A stretch of 52,409 bases of DNA from Pseudomonadota bacterium (GTDB lineage Bacteria > Pseudomonadota > Gammaproteobacteria > Burkholderiales > SG8-39), in NCBI GenBank assembly GCA_043805375.1, contig JAZDIA010000019.1, positions 1 through 52,409 of the forward strand, in the 5' to 3' direction. The notes below the pieces were generated by a model. It was not told the DNA's origin. It saw only the letters and a program-made list of their open reading frames with translations, and ran no database searches. The translations under genes and the position numbers were made by a program. Of the stretch, positions 1 through 10,202 are shown in pieces. The number at the start of each line of letters is the position of its first letter. Positions within the stretch are counted from its first letter, which is position 1.

Positions 1-1
1 G

Positions 2-88
2 ATCGCGATGGAGCAGGGGCTGCGCTTTGCCATTCGCGAGGGCGGACGCACCGTCGGTGCTGGTGTCGTGGCAAAGATATTCGAATAA
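2..88 (+). CDS. tuf: Elongation factor Tu, 3' end (partial)
   Basis: Frame 2 reads IAMEQGLRFAIREGGRTVGAGVVAKIFE*, the canonical EF-Tu C-terminus, directly upstream of rpsJ. Confidence 0.97.
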   Translation: MAMEQGLRFAIREGGRTVGAGVVAKIFE

Positions 89-173
89 CGCGTGAGGAAG
101 GAGGACAGAGGGCAGAGTCGGGGGCAAGGTTTCACCCCTCACCCCTCCCCCCTCCCGAATTCAAAGGAAAGAC

Positions 174-482
174 ATGCAAAGCACGAAAATCAGAATTCGC
201 CTCAAGGCGTTCGACTACCGGCTGATCGATCGCTCGGCGCTGGAGATCGTCGAGACCGCGAAGCGCACCGGCGCCGTGGTCAAGGGACCGATACCCCTGC
301 CCACACGCATCGAGCGCTTCGACGTGTTGCGTTCCCCGCACGTGAACAAGACTTCGCGCGACCAGTTCGAAATCCGTACCCACCTGCGGCTGATGGACAT
401 CATCGATCCCACCGACAAGACCGTGGATGCGCTGATGAAATTGGATCTTCCGGCCGGGGTGGATGTCGAGATCAAGCTGTAA
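174..482 (+). CDS. rpsJ: 30S ribosomal protein S10
   Basis: IRIRLKAFD...GPIPLPT...[18 protein letters not shown]. Confidence 0.99.
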   Translation: MQSTKIRIRLKAFDYRLIDRSALEIVETAKRTGAVVKGPIPLPTRIERFDVLRSPHVNKTSRDQFEIRTHLRLMDIIDPTDKTVDALMKLDLPAGVDVEIKL

Positions 483-576
483 TCGCGGTACCACGCGCAC
501 CGAGAGCAAGACTTCGGGCGCGAATTGATGATTGCCGGCCAACTGTAGCCGGCGCCTTTTAACGAAGGGAAAGAAG

Positions 577-1260
577 ATGAGCCTAGGATTAGTCGGTCGC
601 AAGGTCGGTATGACCCGCGTTTTTACGGACGAAGGCGACTCCGTTCCGGTGACCGTGGTGGACGTGTCCGATAACCGCGTGACCCAGATCAAGACCGTCC
701 AGACAGACGGCTATGCTGCGGTGCAGGTCACTTTCGGCAAGCGCCGCCCCTCGCGCGTCAACAAGTCCGCTGCCGGTCATTTCGCCAAAGCCGCGGTCGA
801 GGCCGGGCGCACGCTGAAGGAATTCCGCGTTACGGTTGAGCAGCTCGCTGCCCTCAAGATCGGCGGCAAGGTGGGCGTGGACCTGTTCCAGGTGGGGCAG
901 ATGGTGGATGTCACCGGCACTTCGCAGGGCAAGGGTTTCTCCGGCGTCATCAAGCGCCACCATTTTTCCTCCCAACGGGCGAGCCACGGCAATTCCAGGT
1001 CGCATAACGCCCCGGGTTCGACCGGCCAGGCGCAGGATCCGGGCCGCGTGTTTCCCGGCAAACGCATGGCGGGCCAGCTCGGCAACGTCACGCGCACCAG
1101 CCAGAGCCTGGAGATCGTGCGCATCGATGCGGAGCGCCAGCTGTTGTTGATCAAGGGCTCGGTCCCCGGCAGCAGGGGGGGCGATTTGCTGCTGCACCCG
1201 GCGACCAAAGCCCGCGTCAGGAAGGTCGTTGTCGCGCCGGCGAAGGGAGGCAAGAAATAA
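577..1260 (+). CDS. rplC: 50S ribosomal protein L3
   Basis: [13 protein letters not shown]...[11 protein letters not shown]...[11 protein letters not shown]; start moved to ATG 577. Confidence 0.98.
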   Translation: MSLGLVGRKVGMTRVFTDEGDSVPVTVVDVSDNRVTQIKTVQTDGYAAVQVTFGKRRPSRVNKSAAGHFAKAAVEAGRTLKEFRVTVEQLAALKIGGKVGVDLFQVGQMVDVTGTSQGKGFSGVIKRHHFSSQRASHGNSRSHNAPGSTGQAQDPGRVFPGKRMAGQLGNVTRTSQSLEIVRIDAERQLLLIKGSVPGSRGGDLLLHPATKARVRKVVVAPAKGGKK

Positions 1261-1883
1261 TGGAACTGAAACTGATCGACGCCAAAGGTGTGGCAGCCTC
1301 AACCATGGCCGCATCGGACGCGATGTTCGGCCGCGACTACAATGAACCGCTGATCCATCAGCTGGTGACGGCCTGTCAGGCCAATGCGCGCCAGGGTACG
1401 CGCGCGCAGAAGGGCCGGAGCCAGATCGCCAAGTCCACGCGCAAGCCGTGGCGCCAGAAAGGCACCGGCCGCGCCCGTGCGGGCATGGCCTCCAGCCCTT
1501 TGTGGCGCGGCGGTGGCAGGATTTTCCCGTCGAGCCCGGATGAGAATTTCACGCAGAAGCTGAACCGCAAGATGTACCGCGCCGGCCTCGCGTCGATTCT
1601 GTCGCAGCTCGCGCGCGAAGACCGCCTCAAGGTCGTCGAGAGCTTCGTCCTGGAAGCGCCGAAGACCAAGCTGTTGTTGCAGAAAGTGAAAGAAATGGGC
1701 GTCTCCGATTCGCTTCTGCTCATTACCGACCAGCTCGACGACAACCTGGTTCTGTCCTCGAGAAATCTGCCCAACGTGCTGGTGCTGGAAGTGGCGGAAA
1801 CGGACCCGGTGTCACTCATCCGCTACAAGAACGTGATCCTGACCCGCAAGGCGGTCAGCAAATTCGAGGAGATGCTGGGATGA
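1260..1883 (+). CDS. rplD: 50S ribosomal protein L4
   Basis: [14 protein letters not shown] motif; operon position. Confidence 0.98.
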   Translation: MELKLIDAKGVAASTMAASDAMFGRDYNEPLIHQLVTACQANARQGTRAQKGRSQIAKSTRKPWRQKGTGRARAGMASSPLWRGGGRIFPSSPDENFTQKLNRKMYRAGLASILSQLAREDRLKVVESFVLEAPKTKLLLQKVKEMGVSDSLLLITDQLDDNLVLSSRNLPNVLVLEVAETDPVSLIRYKNVILTRKAVSKFEEMLG

Positions 1884-2221
1884 ACGCGCCACAAGCAACC
1901 AATACCCCGGCGAAAACTGCGGTGAAAAATCCGCAACGCCTCATGCAGGTGCTGCTCGCTCCGCAAGTGTCGGAGAAGAGCACCTACGTTGCCGAGAAAA
2001 ACGAGCAGGTGGTGTTTCGCGTGGTCGGGAACGCGACCAAGCCCGAGATCAAAGCCGCGGTGGAACTGCTGTTCAAGGTAGAGGTGGAGAGCGTGCAGGT
2101 GGCCAATGTCAAGGGCAAGCAAAAGCGCTTGGGCAAGCTGCGTGGCCGTCGCAAGAACTGGAAAAAGGCTTATGTCTGCCTGAAGCCGGGCCAGGAAATC
2201 AACTTTCAGGCGGCGGAGTAG
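1880..2221 (+). CDS. rplW: 50S ribosomal protein L23
   Basis: PQVSEKS...[14 protein letters not shown]...WKKAYV. Confidence 0.97.
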   Translation: MNAPQATNTPAKTAVKNPQRLMQVLLAPQVSEKSTYVAEKNEQVVFRVVGNATKPEIKAAVELLFKVEVESVQVANVKGKQKRLGKLRGRRKNWKKAYVCLKPGQEINFQAAE

Positions 2222-2224
2222 AAC

Positions 2225-3052
2225 ATGCCACTCGTCAAAGTAAAACCCACTTCACCCGGTCGCCGCGCCTTGGTCAAGGTCGTCAATCCCGGGCTGCACA
2301 AAGGCAGGCCCCATGCCGCTTTGCTCGAACCGCAGTCAAAGCATGCGGGGCGCAATAACAGCGGCCATATCACCATGCGCCACCAGGGCGGCGGCCACAA
2401 GCAGCATTATCGCGTTATCGATTTCAAACGCGACAAAGACGGGGTAGCGGCCAAGGTCGAGCATCTTGAATACGATCCCAACCGCAGCGCCAATCTGGCC
2501 CTGTTGTGCTATGCCGACGGTGAACGGCGCTACATCATTGCACCCAAGGGTGTTGCAGTGGGCATGCAGCTCATGTCCGGTCCGGAAGCGCCGATTAAGC
2601 CGGGCAATGCCCTGCCGCTGCGCAATATTCCGGTCGGCACCACCGTGCATTGCGTCGAAATGCTGCCCGGCAAAGGCGCGCAGATCGCGCGCGCCGCCGG
2701 CGCCTCGGCGCAGCTCCTGGCGCGCGAGGGCAGTTACGCCCAGCTTCGCCTGCGCTCCGGCGAAGTGCGCAAGGTGCACATCGAGTGCCGCGCCACCATC
2801 GGCGAGGTTGGCAATGAAGAACATTCGCTGGAATCGGTGGGCAAGGCCGGGCGCATGCGCTGGCGCGGCGTGCGCCCGACAGTGCGCGGCGTCGCCATGA
2901 ACCCGGTCGATCATCCCCATGGGGGCGGCGAGGGCAAGACCGCCGCGGGACGGGATCCGGTCAGCCCATGGGGTACGCTCACCAAGGGCTACCGCACACG
3001 CAAGAACAAACGCACCAGCGGCATGATCGTAAATCGCCGCCACCAGAAATAG
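2225..3052 (+). CDS. rplB: 50S ribosomal protein L2
   Basis: EYDPNRSA; [21 protein letters not shown]. Confidence 0.99.
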   Translation: MPLVKVKPTSPGRRALVKVVNPGLHKGRPHAALLEPQSKHAGRNNSGHITMRHQGGGHKQHYRVIDFKRDKDGVAAKVEHLEYDPNRSANLALLCYADGERRYIIAPKGVAVGMQLMSGPEAPIKPGNALPLRNIPVGTTVHCVEMLPGKGAQIARAAGASAQLLAREGSYAQLRLRSGEVRKVHIECRATIGEVGNEEHSLESVGKAGRMRWRGVRPTVRGVAMNPVDHPHGGGEGKTAAGRDPVSPWGTLTKGYRTRKNKRTSGMIVNRRHQK

Positions 3053-3061
3053 AGGACAGAC

Positions 3062-3403
3062 ATGGGACGTTCAATCAAGAAAGGCCCGTTTGTTGACCAC
3101 CATCTGTTGGGGAAAGTCGAGAAAGTGCGTGGCAGCGGCGACAAGCGCCCGATCAAGACCTGGTCGCGCCGCTCCACCATCCTGCCGGATTTCGTCGGCT
3201 TGACCATTGCGGTGCATAACGGCAAACAGCATATCCCGGTCTACATTTCCGAGAACATGGTGGGCCACAAGCTGGGCGAGTTTGCGCTCACCCGCGTCTT
3301 CAAGGGCCACTCGGCCGATAGAAAAGTCGCAGTGCCCGGCGGCGGAACCCCGGCTCCGGCTCCGGCTCCCGCTCCCGCCCCCGCTGCGGCGGCGAAGAAA
3401 TAG
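3062..3403 (+). CDS. rpsS: 30S ribosomal protein S19 with Pro-Ala repeat tail
   Basis: [10 protein letters not shown]...TWSRRSTI...VHNGK...MVGHKLGEF. Confidence 0.98.
   Translation: MGRSIKKGPFVDHHLLGKVEKVRGSGDKRPIKTWSRRSTILPDFVGLTIAVHNGKQHIPVYISENMVGHKLGEFALTRVFKGHSADRKVAVPGGGTPAPAPAPAPAPAAAAKK
3350..3385 (+). repeat. 6-bp tandem repeat (CCS GCY) x6 encoding (Pro-Ala)6 in S19
   Basis: CCGGCT CCGGCT CCGGCT CCCGCT CCCGCC CCCGCT. Confidence 0.9.
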
Positions 3404-3405
3404 GA

Positions 3406-3816
3406 GTGACGACGATGCAAACCAGAGCCAGCTTGCGCGGTGTCCACCTTTCGGCGCAGAAAGGGCGGCTCGTTGCCGACCTGATCCGCGGCCTGGCGGT
3501 GGACAAAGCGCTCAACGTTCTTGCGTTCAGTCCGAAAAAGGCTGCCAAGATCATCAAGAAAGTGCTGGAGTCGGCCATCGCCAACGCCGAGCACAACGAC
3601 GGTGCCGATATCGACGAGCTGAAGGTGCAGACCATCTTCGTAGAACAAGGTTCGATGCTCAAGCGTTTTCATGCCCGCGCCAAGGGCCGCGGCAACCGCG
3701 TCAACAAGCACTCCTGCCACATTTTCATCACGCTAGGTGACGAGGTCAAAGCGAAGCGCCTCGCGGCCAAGACCGCAACCAAAGCGCGCACGGCCGATGC
3801 CGCCGCGAAAAAATAA
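3406..3816 (+). CDS. rplV: 50S ribosomal protein L22 (start may be ATG 3415)
   Basis: [14 protein letters not shown]...[11 protein letters not shown]...ARAKGRGN. Confidence 0.97.
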   Translation: MTTMQTRASLRGVHLSAQKGRLVADLIRGLAVDKALNVLAFSPKKAAKIIKKVLESAIANAEHNDGADIDELKVQTIFVEQGSMLKRFHARAKGRGNRVNKHSCHIFITLGDEVKAKRLAAKTATKARTADAAAKK

Positions 3817-3825
3817 GGGACAGTC

Positions 3826-4788
3826 ATGGGACAAAAAATCCACCCGATCGGGTTCCGCCTTGCGGTCAACAAGAACTGGGGCTCGCGCTGGTACGCCAAC
3901 AGCAAGAACTTCGGCGCCATGCTCAACGAAGACCTGAAAGTACGTGACTACCTGAAGAAAAAGCTCGCGCACGCCTCGGTCGGCCGGGTGGTGATTGAGC
4001 GTCCGGCCAAGGACGCGCGCATCACCATCCATAGCGCCCGTCCCGGGGTGGTCATCGGCAAGAAGGGCGAGGACATAGAGGTGCTGAAGACCGAGCTGCG
4101 CAAAATACTGGGCGTGCAGATGGTGCATGTCAACATCGAGGAGATCAGGAAGCCCGAGATCGATGCCCAGCTCATTGCCGATTCCATCGCGCAGCAGTTG
4201 GAGAAGCGCATCATGTTTCGCCGCGCGATGAAGCGCGCGATGCAGAATGCCATGCGCTTGGGCGCGCAGGGCATCAAGATCGCGAGCTCGGGCAGGTTGA
4301 ACGGCATCGAGATCGCACGTAACGAATGGTACCGCGAGGGCCGCGTACCCCTGCATACCCTGCGCGCCGACATCGATTACGGTTTTGGCGAGGCCAAGAC
4401 CACCTACGGCGTGATCGGCATCAAGGTGTGGGTATACAAAGGTGAGACGGTGGCGAAGATCGAGCAGCCCGCCGTGGTGCCCGGCTCTGCGCCGGAAGAG
4501 TCGCCACCGCCGAGAAAAGCGAGAAAGGCTCCGGTGCCGGTGGCCAAGACCGAGGCGCCTGCAGCGAAAACCGAGGGCCGCACCGAAGGCGCTGCCGCGA
4601 CAAAGCCAAAGATCGCGCCGCGCGCACGTAAAAAACCCGCATCGGTCGCCGTTACCGCCGATGAAGCTGTCAAGATCGGGATCAAGGCGGAGGACAAGGG
4701 CGAGGGATCGACCAACAAACCCGCCAAACCCGCAGCCAAGGCGAAGAAGACTACGGTAACGCGCGTGACGAAGAAGCCAGGAGCCTAA
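3826..4788 (+). CDS. rpsC: 30S ribosomal protein S3 with ~110-aa C-terminal extension
   Basis: [12 protein letters not shown]...[10 protein letters not shown]...[14 protein letters not shown]. Confidence 0.98.
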   Translation: MGQKIHPIGFRLAVNKNWGSRWYANSKNFGAMLNEDLKVRDYLKKKLAHASVGRVVIERPAKDARITIHSARPGVVIGKKGEDIEVLKTELRKILGVQMVHVNIEEIRKPEIDAQLIADSIAQQLEKRIMFRRAMKRAMQNAMRLGAQGIKIASSGRLNGIEIARNEWYREGRVPLHTLRADIDYGFGEAKTTYGVIGIKVWVYKGETVAKIEQPAVVPGSAPEESPPPRKARKAPVPVAKTEAPAAKTEGRTEGAAATKPKIAPRARKKPASVAVTADEAVKIGIKAEDKGEGSTNKPAKPAAKAKKTTVTRVTKKPGA

Positions 4789-4789
4789 G

Positions 4790-5203
4790 ATGCTTCAACC
4801 AGCCAGGACAAAATATCGTAAGCAGCAAAAAGGCCGCAACAAGGGCATTGCTACGCGGGGCAACAAGGTCACTTTCGGCGAGTACGGGCTCAAGGCCATC
4901 GGCCGCGGTCGTCTGACCGCGCGCCAGATCGAGGCCGCGCGCCGCGCGATGACCCGCCACATCAAGCGTGGCGGGCGCATCTGGATCCGGATTTTTCCGG
5001 ACAAGCCGGTTTCGCACAAGCCAGCCGAGGTGCGCATGGGCAACGGCAAGGGCAACCCGGAGTATTTCGTCGCCGAAATCGTTCCTGGCAAAGTGCTGTA
5101 CGAAATGGACGGTGTAGACGAGGTGCTGGCACGGGAGGCGTTCCGCCTGGCCGCGGCCAAGCTGCCGATGGAAACCGCCTTTGTCCACCGTTTAGTGGGG
5201 TGA
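4790..5203 (+). CDS. rplP: 50S ribosomal protein L16
   Basis: [16 protein letters not shown]...EVRMGNGKG. Confidence 0.99.
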   Translation: MLQPARTKYRKQQKGRNKGIATRGNKVTFGEYGLKAIGRGRLTARQIEAARRAMTRHIKRGGRIWIRIFPDKPVSHKPAEVRMGNGKGNPEYFVAEIVPGKVLYEMDGVDEVLAREAFRLAAAKLPMETAFVHRLVG

Positions 5204-5207
5204 AGAG

Positions 5208-5402
5208 ATGAAACCGAGTGAATTGCGCGCCAAGGACATGGCGCAGCTGAGCCAGGAACTGAACGACCTGCTGAAGGCGCAATTCAGCCTTCGCATGCAG
5301 GTTGCTACCCAGCAGCTAACCAACAACAGCCAGTTGAGGAAGACCCGGCGCGATATCGCGCGGGTGCGCACCATCATTGCACAGAAGGCGGCAAGTAAAT
5401 GA
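5208..5402 (+). CDS. rpmC: 50S ribosomal protein L29
   Basis: 64 aa, [11 protein letters not shown]; between rplP and rpsQ. Confidence 0.97.
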   Translation: MKPSELRAKDMAQLSQELNDLLKAQFSLRMQVATQQLTNNSQLRKTRRDIARVRTIIAQKAASK

Positions 5403-5671
5403 GCGATACTCAGACAACCAAGGTAGTCCGCACTCTCACCGGCCGCGTAGTCAGCGACAAGATGAACAAGACCGTAACCGTACTGGTCGAACGCCGCGTG
5501 CGTCATCCCATTTTTGGCAAGATCGTCACCCTGTCGAGGAAATATCACGCACACTCGGAGAATAACGAGTACAAGACCGGCGATCTAGTGATGATCGAGG
5601 AGACGCGCCCAGTGTCGAAGACCAAGGCATGGAAGGTGGCCAGGCTGGTGGAAAAAGCCAAAACAATTTGA
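5399..5671 (+). CDS. rpsQ: 30S ribosomal protein S17
   Basis: [14 protein letters not shown]...RPVSKTKAW. Confidence 0.98.
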   Translation: MSDTQTTKVVRTLTGRVVSDKMNKTVTVLVERRVRHPIFGKIVTLSRKYHAHSENNEYKTGDLVMIEETRPVSKTKAWKVARLVEKAKTI

Positions 5672-5686
5672 GTCGCTCGAAAAACA

Positions 5687-5715
5687 TTGCCCTGGCGGGC
5701 AGGGCCGGATATAAT
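5687..5715 (+). promoter_or_regulatory. sigma70 promoter of the spc operon
   Basis: TTGCCC (5687-5692), 17-bp spacer, TATAAT (5710-5715) in the rpsQ-rplN gap. Confidence 0.75.
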
Positions 5716-5848
5716 TCGCCGTTATTCGTGTTACCGCCCCGCTTCAGGCTGGGCGTTTCGACCCCTACGGGTTCCAAGACTGGCCGCAACGCGCTAGGCG
5801 CACCGAAAGGTGAGGCGCGAGTGGTTCAAGTTGGAGAGGAAGCAAATC

Positions 5849-6217
5849 ATGATTCAGATGCAAAGTGTATTGGATGTCGCCGACAACACCGGTGCGCGCG
5901 CCGTAATGTGCATCAAGGTATTGGGTGGCTCGAAGCGGCGTTATGCCGGCATCGGCGACGTGATCAAAGTCAGCATCAAGGACTGTGCTCCGCGCGGCCG
6001 CGTGAAAAAAGGTGAAATCTACAGTGCCGTGGTGGTGCGCACGGCCAAGGGCGTGCGCCGCTCCGACGGCTCGCTGATCAAGTTCGACACCAACGCCGCA
6101 GTGCTGCTCAACGCCAAACTGGAGCCGATCGGAACGCGCATATTCGGGCCGGTGACGCGCGAACTGCGCAATGAGCGCTTCATGAAGATCGTGTCGCTCG
6201 CGCCCGAAGTTTTGTAG
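5849..6217 (+). CDS. rplN: 50S ribosomal protein L14
   Basis: [16 protein letters not shown]...GTRIFGPV...IVSLAPEVL, 122 aa. Confidence 0.99.
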   Translation: MIQMQSVLDVADNTGARAVMCIKVLGGSKRRYAGIGDVIKVSIKDCAPRGRVKKGEIYSAVVVRTAKGVRRSDGSLIKFDTNAAVLLNAKLEPIGTRIFGPVTRELRNERFMKIVSLAPEVL

Positions 6218-6291
6218 GAGACGGGTTGAGGGAACAAGGGGGCAATTCCCCGCGTAACTCGCGCAAGTCAGGAATATAGGAATCGAAGGCC

Positions 6292-6609
6292 ATGCAAAAG
6301 ATTCGCAAAGGCGACGACGTGATCGTTACCACCGGCAAGGACAAAGGCAAGCGTGGCACGGTGCTGCGCTGCGTGGATGACAAGCATCTGCTGGTCGAGG
6401 GCATCAATCGCGCGAAGAAACACCAGAAACCCAATCCGATGAAGGGCCAGACCGGCGGCATCGTCGACATGGACATGCCGATCGACATTTCCAACGTCGC
6501 GCTGTTCAACCCGCAGACGCAGAAAGGTGAGCGCGTCGGCTTCAAGACGCTGGAGGACCGCCGCAAGGTGCGTATTTTCAAGTCCAACGGCGAAGTCGTG
6601 GACGCCTGA
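6292..6609 (+). CDS. rplX: 50S ribosomal protein L24
   Basis: KOW motif [17 protein letters not shown]. Confidence 0.98.
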   Translation: MQKIRKGDDVIVTTGKDKGKRGTVLRCVDDKHLLVEGINRAKKHQKPNPMKGQTGGIVDMDMPIDISNVALFNPQTQKGERVGFKTLEDRRKVRIFKSNGEVVDA

Positions 6610-6622
6610 GAGAGCAAAAGCC

Positions 6623-7162
6623 ATGGCGCGCTTATACAGCTATTACAAAGAAACAGTGGTTCCAGATCTGGTCAAGAAGTTCGGGTACAAGACGGCGATG
6701 CAGGTCCCGCGCATCCAAAAGATCACGCTCAACATGGGCGTGGGCGAGGCCGTGAACGACAAGAAGATAATGGACAACGCCGTTGGCGACATGACCAAAA
6801 TCGCCGGCCAAAAACCGGTGGTAACGTTGTCGAAGAAACCTATCGCCGGTTTCAAAATCCGCAAAGGCCTGGCGATCGGCTGCATGGTGACCCTGCGCGG
6901 CGTGCGCATGTACGAGTTTCTCGACCGTCTGGTCAGCATTGCAATACCGCGGATCCGAGACTTCCGCGGCCTGTCGCAGCGCGCTTTCGACGGCCGTGGC
7001 AATTACAACCTCGGCGTGAAAGAGCAGATCATTTTCCCCGAAGTCGAATACGACAAGATCGATGCCCTGCGTGGCATGAACATCAGCATCACCACTACCG
7101 CGAAGACCGACGAGGAAGCCAAAGCACTGCTCTCGGCCTTTAAATTCCCGTTCAAGACCTGA
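6623..7162 (+). CDS. rplE: 50S ribosomal protein L5
   Basis: [11 protein letters not shown]...PRIRDFRG...FDGRGNY, 179 aa from ATG 6623. Confidence 0.99.
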   Translation: MARLYSYYKETVVPDLVKKFGYKTAMQVPRIQKITLNMGVGEAVNDKKIMDNAVGDMTKIAGQKPVVTLSKKPIAGFKIRKGLAIGCMVTLRGVRMYEFLDRLVSIAIPRIRDFRGLSQRAFDGRGNYNLGVKEQIIFPEVEYDKIDALRGMNISITTTAKTDEEAKALLSAFKFPFKT

Positions 7163-7173
7163 AGGATTGCGCC

Positions 7174-7479
7174 ATGGCAAAAACCGCAGTCATCAACCGT
7201 AACGAAAAGCGTCGTACGACCGTGAAGAAGTTCGAGGCAAGACGCACCGCGCTGCTCGCCATCATTAACGACGCCAAGCAACCCGACGACGAGCGGATGG
7301 CGGCGCGCATGCAGTTGCAGCAGCTGCCGCGGAACGCGTCGCCGACGCGTGTACGCAACCGCTGCAAGCTGACGGGCCGCCCGCGCGGCGTGTACCGCAA
7401 GTTCGGCCTGGGGCGCAACAAGCTGCGCGAAATCGCCATGCGTGGCGAGATTCCCGGCATGACCAAAGCCAGCTGGTGA
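7174..7479 (+). CDS. rpsN: 30S ribosomal protein S14 (long, zinc-free type)
   Basis: [19 protein letters not shown]...[11 protein letters not shown], 101 aa. Confidence 0.98.
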   Translation: MAKTAVINRNEKRRTTVKKFEARRTALLAIINDAKQPDDERMAARMQLQQLPRNASPTRVRNRCKLTGRPRGVYRKFGLGRNKLREIAMRGEIPGMTKASW

Positions 7480-7492
7480 GAGGAGACAGAGC

Positions 7493-7888
7493 ATGAGCAT
7501 GAGTGATCCTATCGCCGATATGCTGACCCGCATCCGCAATGCGCAACTTGCGGAAAAGCTGTCGGTGACGATGCCTTCGTCGTGCGTGAAAGCGTCCATC
7601 GCACAGGTGCTGAAGGACGAGGGCTACATCGAGGATTTCAAGGTGCGCGACGAGGACGGCAAGTCCACCCTCGAAATCGCGCTCAAGTACTACGCCGGCG
7701 AGCCGGTGATCGAGAAGATCGAGCGCGTCAGCCGACCGGGACTGCGCATTTACAAGGGCCGCGATGATATTCCCAGGGTCATGAACGGCTTGGGGATAGC
7801 CATCGTCTCGACTTCCAAAGGCGTGATGACCGACAGAAAAGCACGCGCCACCGGAATCGGCGGCGAAGTGCTGTGCATTGTGGCTTAA
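7493..7888 (+). CDS. rpsH: 30S ribosomal protein S8
   Basis: [13 protein letters not shown]...SRPGLRIY...GGEVLCIV. Confidence 0.99.
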   Translation: MSMSDPIADMLTRIRNAQLAEKLSVTMPSSCVKASIAQVLKDEGYIEDFKVRDEDGKSTLEIALKYYAGEPVIEKIERVSRPGLRIYKGRDDIPRVMNGLGIAIVSTSKGVMTDRKARATGIGGEVLCIVA

Positions 7889-7900
7889 GGGGAGGAAATC

Positions 7901-8434
7901 ATGTCGCGAATCGGAAAAACCCCCATCCTGGTGCCCACGGGCGTCGAGGTGACGCTATCGGCCGAAGAGGTCGCGGTGAAAGGGCCGCTGGGTACGCTGA
8001 CGCAGCGTTTAAGCAGTGACATCCGGCTCGAGCGCGACGGCGACACGCTGCTGTGCCGCGTAAACAATGATTCGGTGCAGGCCAATGCCATGTCCGGCAC
8101 CATCCGCGCACTGGTGGCGAACATGGTCGAGGGCGTGAGCAAGGGCTTCGAACGCAAGCTGACCCTGGTCGGCGTCGGCTACCGCGCGCAGGCGCAGGGC
8201 GACAAGCTCAACTTGGCGCTCGGATTTGCCCATCCGGTGGTGCATCATATGCCCAAGGGGGTCAAGGTCGAGACCCCGAGCCAGACCGAGATCGTTCTTC
8301 GCGGCACCGACAAGCAGCAGGTTGGCCAGGTGGCCGCTGAAGTGCGCGCCTACCGCAGCCCCGAGCCGTACAAGGGCAAGGGTGTGCGCTACACGGGCGA
8401 GACGGTGGTCTTGAAAGAGACCAAGAAGAAGTAA
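7901..8434 (+). CDS. rplF: 50S ribosomal protein L6
   Basis: MSRIGKTPI...[11 protein letters not shown]. Confidence 0.99.
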   Translation: MSRIGKTPILVPTGVEVTLSAEEVAVKGPLGTLTQRLSSDIRLERDGDTLLCRVNNDSVQANAMSGTIRALVANMVEGVSKGFERKLTLVGVGYRAQAQGDKLNLALGFAHPVVHHMPKGVKVETPSQTEIVLRGTDKQQVGQVAAEVRAYRSPEPYKGKGVRYTGETVVLKETKKK

Positions 8435-8448
8435 GCGGAGCTAAAGCC

Positions 8449-8805
8449 ATGATAGATAAGAAACAGGCGCGACTGCGCCGAGCGCGCAGATCCCGTGCCA
8501 AGATCGCCGAACTCAAGGTTGTGCGACTCGCGGTGCATCGCACCAACAGCCACATCTACGCGCAGGTGATTTCCGCCTGCGGCACCAAGGTGTTGACCGC
8601 GGCCTCGACGCTGGAGAAGGAAGTGCGCGCGACGGTGGCGAACGGCGGCAATGTAAAGGCGGCCGAGGTCGTTGGCAAGCGCATCGCCGCGAAAGCCAAA
8701 CAACTCGGCATCGAACAGGTTGCGTTCGACCGCGGCGGAATGCAGTATCACGGCCGCGTCAAGGCGCTGGCAGAAGCAGCGCGCCAAGCCGGGCTCAAGT
8801 TCTAA
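8449..8805 (+). CDS. rplR: 50S ribosomal protein L18
   Basis: HIYAQVI...[18 protein letters not shown]. Confidence 0.98.
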   Translation: MIDKKQARLRRARRSRAKIAELKVVRLAVHRTNSHIYAQVISACGTKVLTAASTLEKEVRATVANGGNVKAAEVVGKRIAAKAKQLGIEQVAFDRGGMQYHGRVKALAEAARQAGLKF

Positions 8806-8817
8806 TCGGGGACGAAT

Positions 8818-9351
8818 ATGGCGAAGATGCAGGGCAGAATGCAGGGCAAGATGCAGGGCCAGGACGACCGCGGTGACGGCCTGCGCGAGAAGATGGTTGC
8901 GATCAACCGCGTCACCAAAGTGGTGAAGGGCGGCCGCATCCTCAGCTTTGCCGCGCTCACCGTGGTCGGCGACGGCGACGGCGGGGTCGGCATGGGCAAG
9001 GGCAAGTCGCGGGAGGTTCCGGTGGCGGTGCAAAAGGCGATGGAAGAAGCCCGGCGCAAAATGTTCCGCGTCAGCCTCAGGAACGGCACGCTGCACCATG
9101 CCGTGTGGGGTCACCACGGCGCGGCCAAGGTCTACATGCAGCCGGCGTCCGAAGGCACCGGCATCATCGCCGGCGGCGCCATGCGCGCGGTATTCGAGGT
9201 CATGGGCATCACCAACGTGCTCGCCAAGTGCATCGGCTCGGGCAGTCCTTACAATGTGGTCCGAGCCACTCTGCAAGGATTGAAATCCATGAACGCGCCG
9301 TCGGAGATTGCTGCGAAGCGCGGCAAGTCGGTCGAAGAAATCACCGGCTGA
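8818..9351 (+). CDS. rpsE: 30S ribosomal protein S5
   Basis: [12 protein letters not shown]...GTGIIAGG. Confidence 0.99.
   Translation: MAKMQGRMQGKMQGQDDRGDGLREKMVAINRVTKVVKGGRILSFAALTVVGDGDGGVGMGKGKSREVPVAVQKAMEEARRKMFRVSLRNGTLHHAVWGHHGAAKVYMQPASEGTGIIAGGAMRAVFEVMGITNVLAKCIGSGSPYNVVRATLQGLKSMNAPSEIAAKRGKSVEEITG
8824..8859 (+). repeat. 12-bp tandem repeat x3 encoding (K/R)MQG at the S5 N-terminus
   Basis: AAGATGCAGGGC AGAATGCAGGGC AAGATGCAGGGC. Confidence 0.9.
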
Positions 9352-9359
9352 GGATAATT

Positions 9360-9542
9360 ATGATGGACAAGAAACTCAAGGTTACCCTGGTAAAAAGCGC
9401 GATCGGCTGCAAGGCCGCGCACCGCGCCACGGTGCGCGGGCTGGGTTTGAAGCGCGTCAACCAAACCGTGGAGCTTCAGGATACCCCTGCGATCCGCGGC
9501 ATGATCGACAAGGTGTACTACCTGGTGAAGTGCGAGGCATAA
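9360..9542 (+). CDS. rpmD: 50S ribosomal protein L30
   Basis: [16 protein letters not shown]...GLGL...DTPAIRGMI; RBS GAGG upstream. Confidence 0.96.
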   Translation: MMDKKLKVTLVKSAIGCKAAHRATVRGLGLKRVNQTVELQDTPAIRGMIDKVYYLVKCEA

Positions 9543-10187
9543 ATGCAGCTCAATACGATCAAGCCTGCAGCTGGCGCGAAGCGCGCTCGGCGTCGCGTTG
9601 GCCGCGGCATCGGCTCTGGCCTGGGAAAGACCGCGGGACGAGGCCACAAAGGGCAGAAGTCGCGTTCCGGCGGCTTTCACAAAATCGGATTCGAGGGCGG
9701 CCAGATGCCGCTGCAGCGGCGTCTGCCCAAACGCGGTTTCAATTCGCTCGCGAGCGGGCTCACCGCCGAAGTCCGACTTTCGGATCTGCAAAAAATGGCG
9801 GGCACGGATATCGACCTGAAGGCGCTCAAAGGGGCCGGCGTGGTGCCGGAAGCCACCGAAGCGGTCAAGGTCATCCTCTCGGGCAAGCTTGAGCGCAAGG
9901 TCAGTCTGAGCGGCCTGCGTGTCACCAAGGGCGCCAGGGCGGCAATCGAAGCGGCCGGCGGCAGCATCGCCGCGATCGAAGTGAAAGCGCCGGTGGGCAA
10001 GGGCAAGAAGGCCAAGGCCAGGGTCGAAGCCATTGCCAAGGCCAAAGCCAGGGCGGAGGCACCCAAGGGAGCCGCAGCTAAACCGGCGGAAAAAGTGAAA
10101 GCCAAACCCAAGGCGCCCAAGGCAGTAGCGGGCGAGCCGGCGGCCAAAGACAAATCCAAACCCAAGGCGAAGGGCGAGAAGGCTTAA
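9543..10187 (+). CDS. rplO: 50S ribosomal protein L15 with ~70-aa Lys/Ala-rich tail
   Basis: [24 protein letters not shown]...FEGGQMPL. Confidence 0.98.
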   Translation: MQLNTIKPAAGAKRARRRVGRGIGSGLGKTAGRGHKGQKSRSGGFHKIGFEGGQMPLQRRLPKRGFNSLASGLTAEVRLSDLQKMAGTDIDLKALKGAGVVPEATEAVKVILSGKLERKVSLSGLRVTKGARAAIEAAGGSIAAIEVKAPVGKGKKAKARVEAIAKAKARAEAPKGAAAKPAEKVKAKPKAPKAVAGEPAAKDKSKPKAKGEKA

Positions 10188-10202
10188 TTGCCGCTCAGCT
10201 AA

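Noticed and set aside
492-560. Hairpins in the rpsJ-rplC spacer (and 14530-14578 between rpoA and rplQ) as terminators or attenuators
   Set aside because: Short GC stems with weak or no U-tract inside an operon; cannot be distinguished from chance without comparative data
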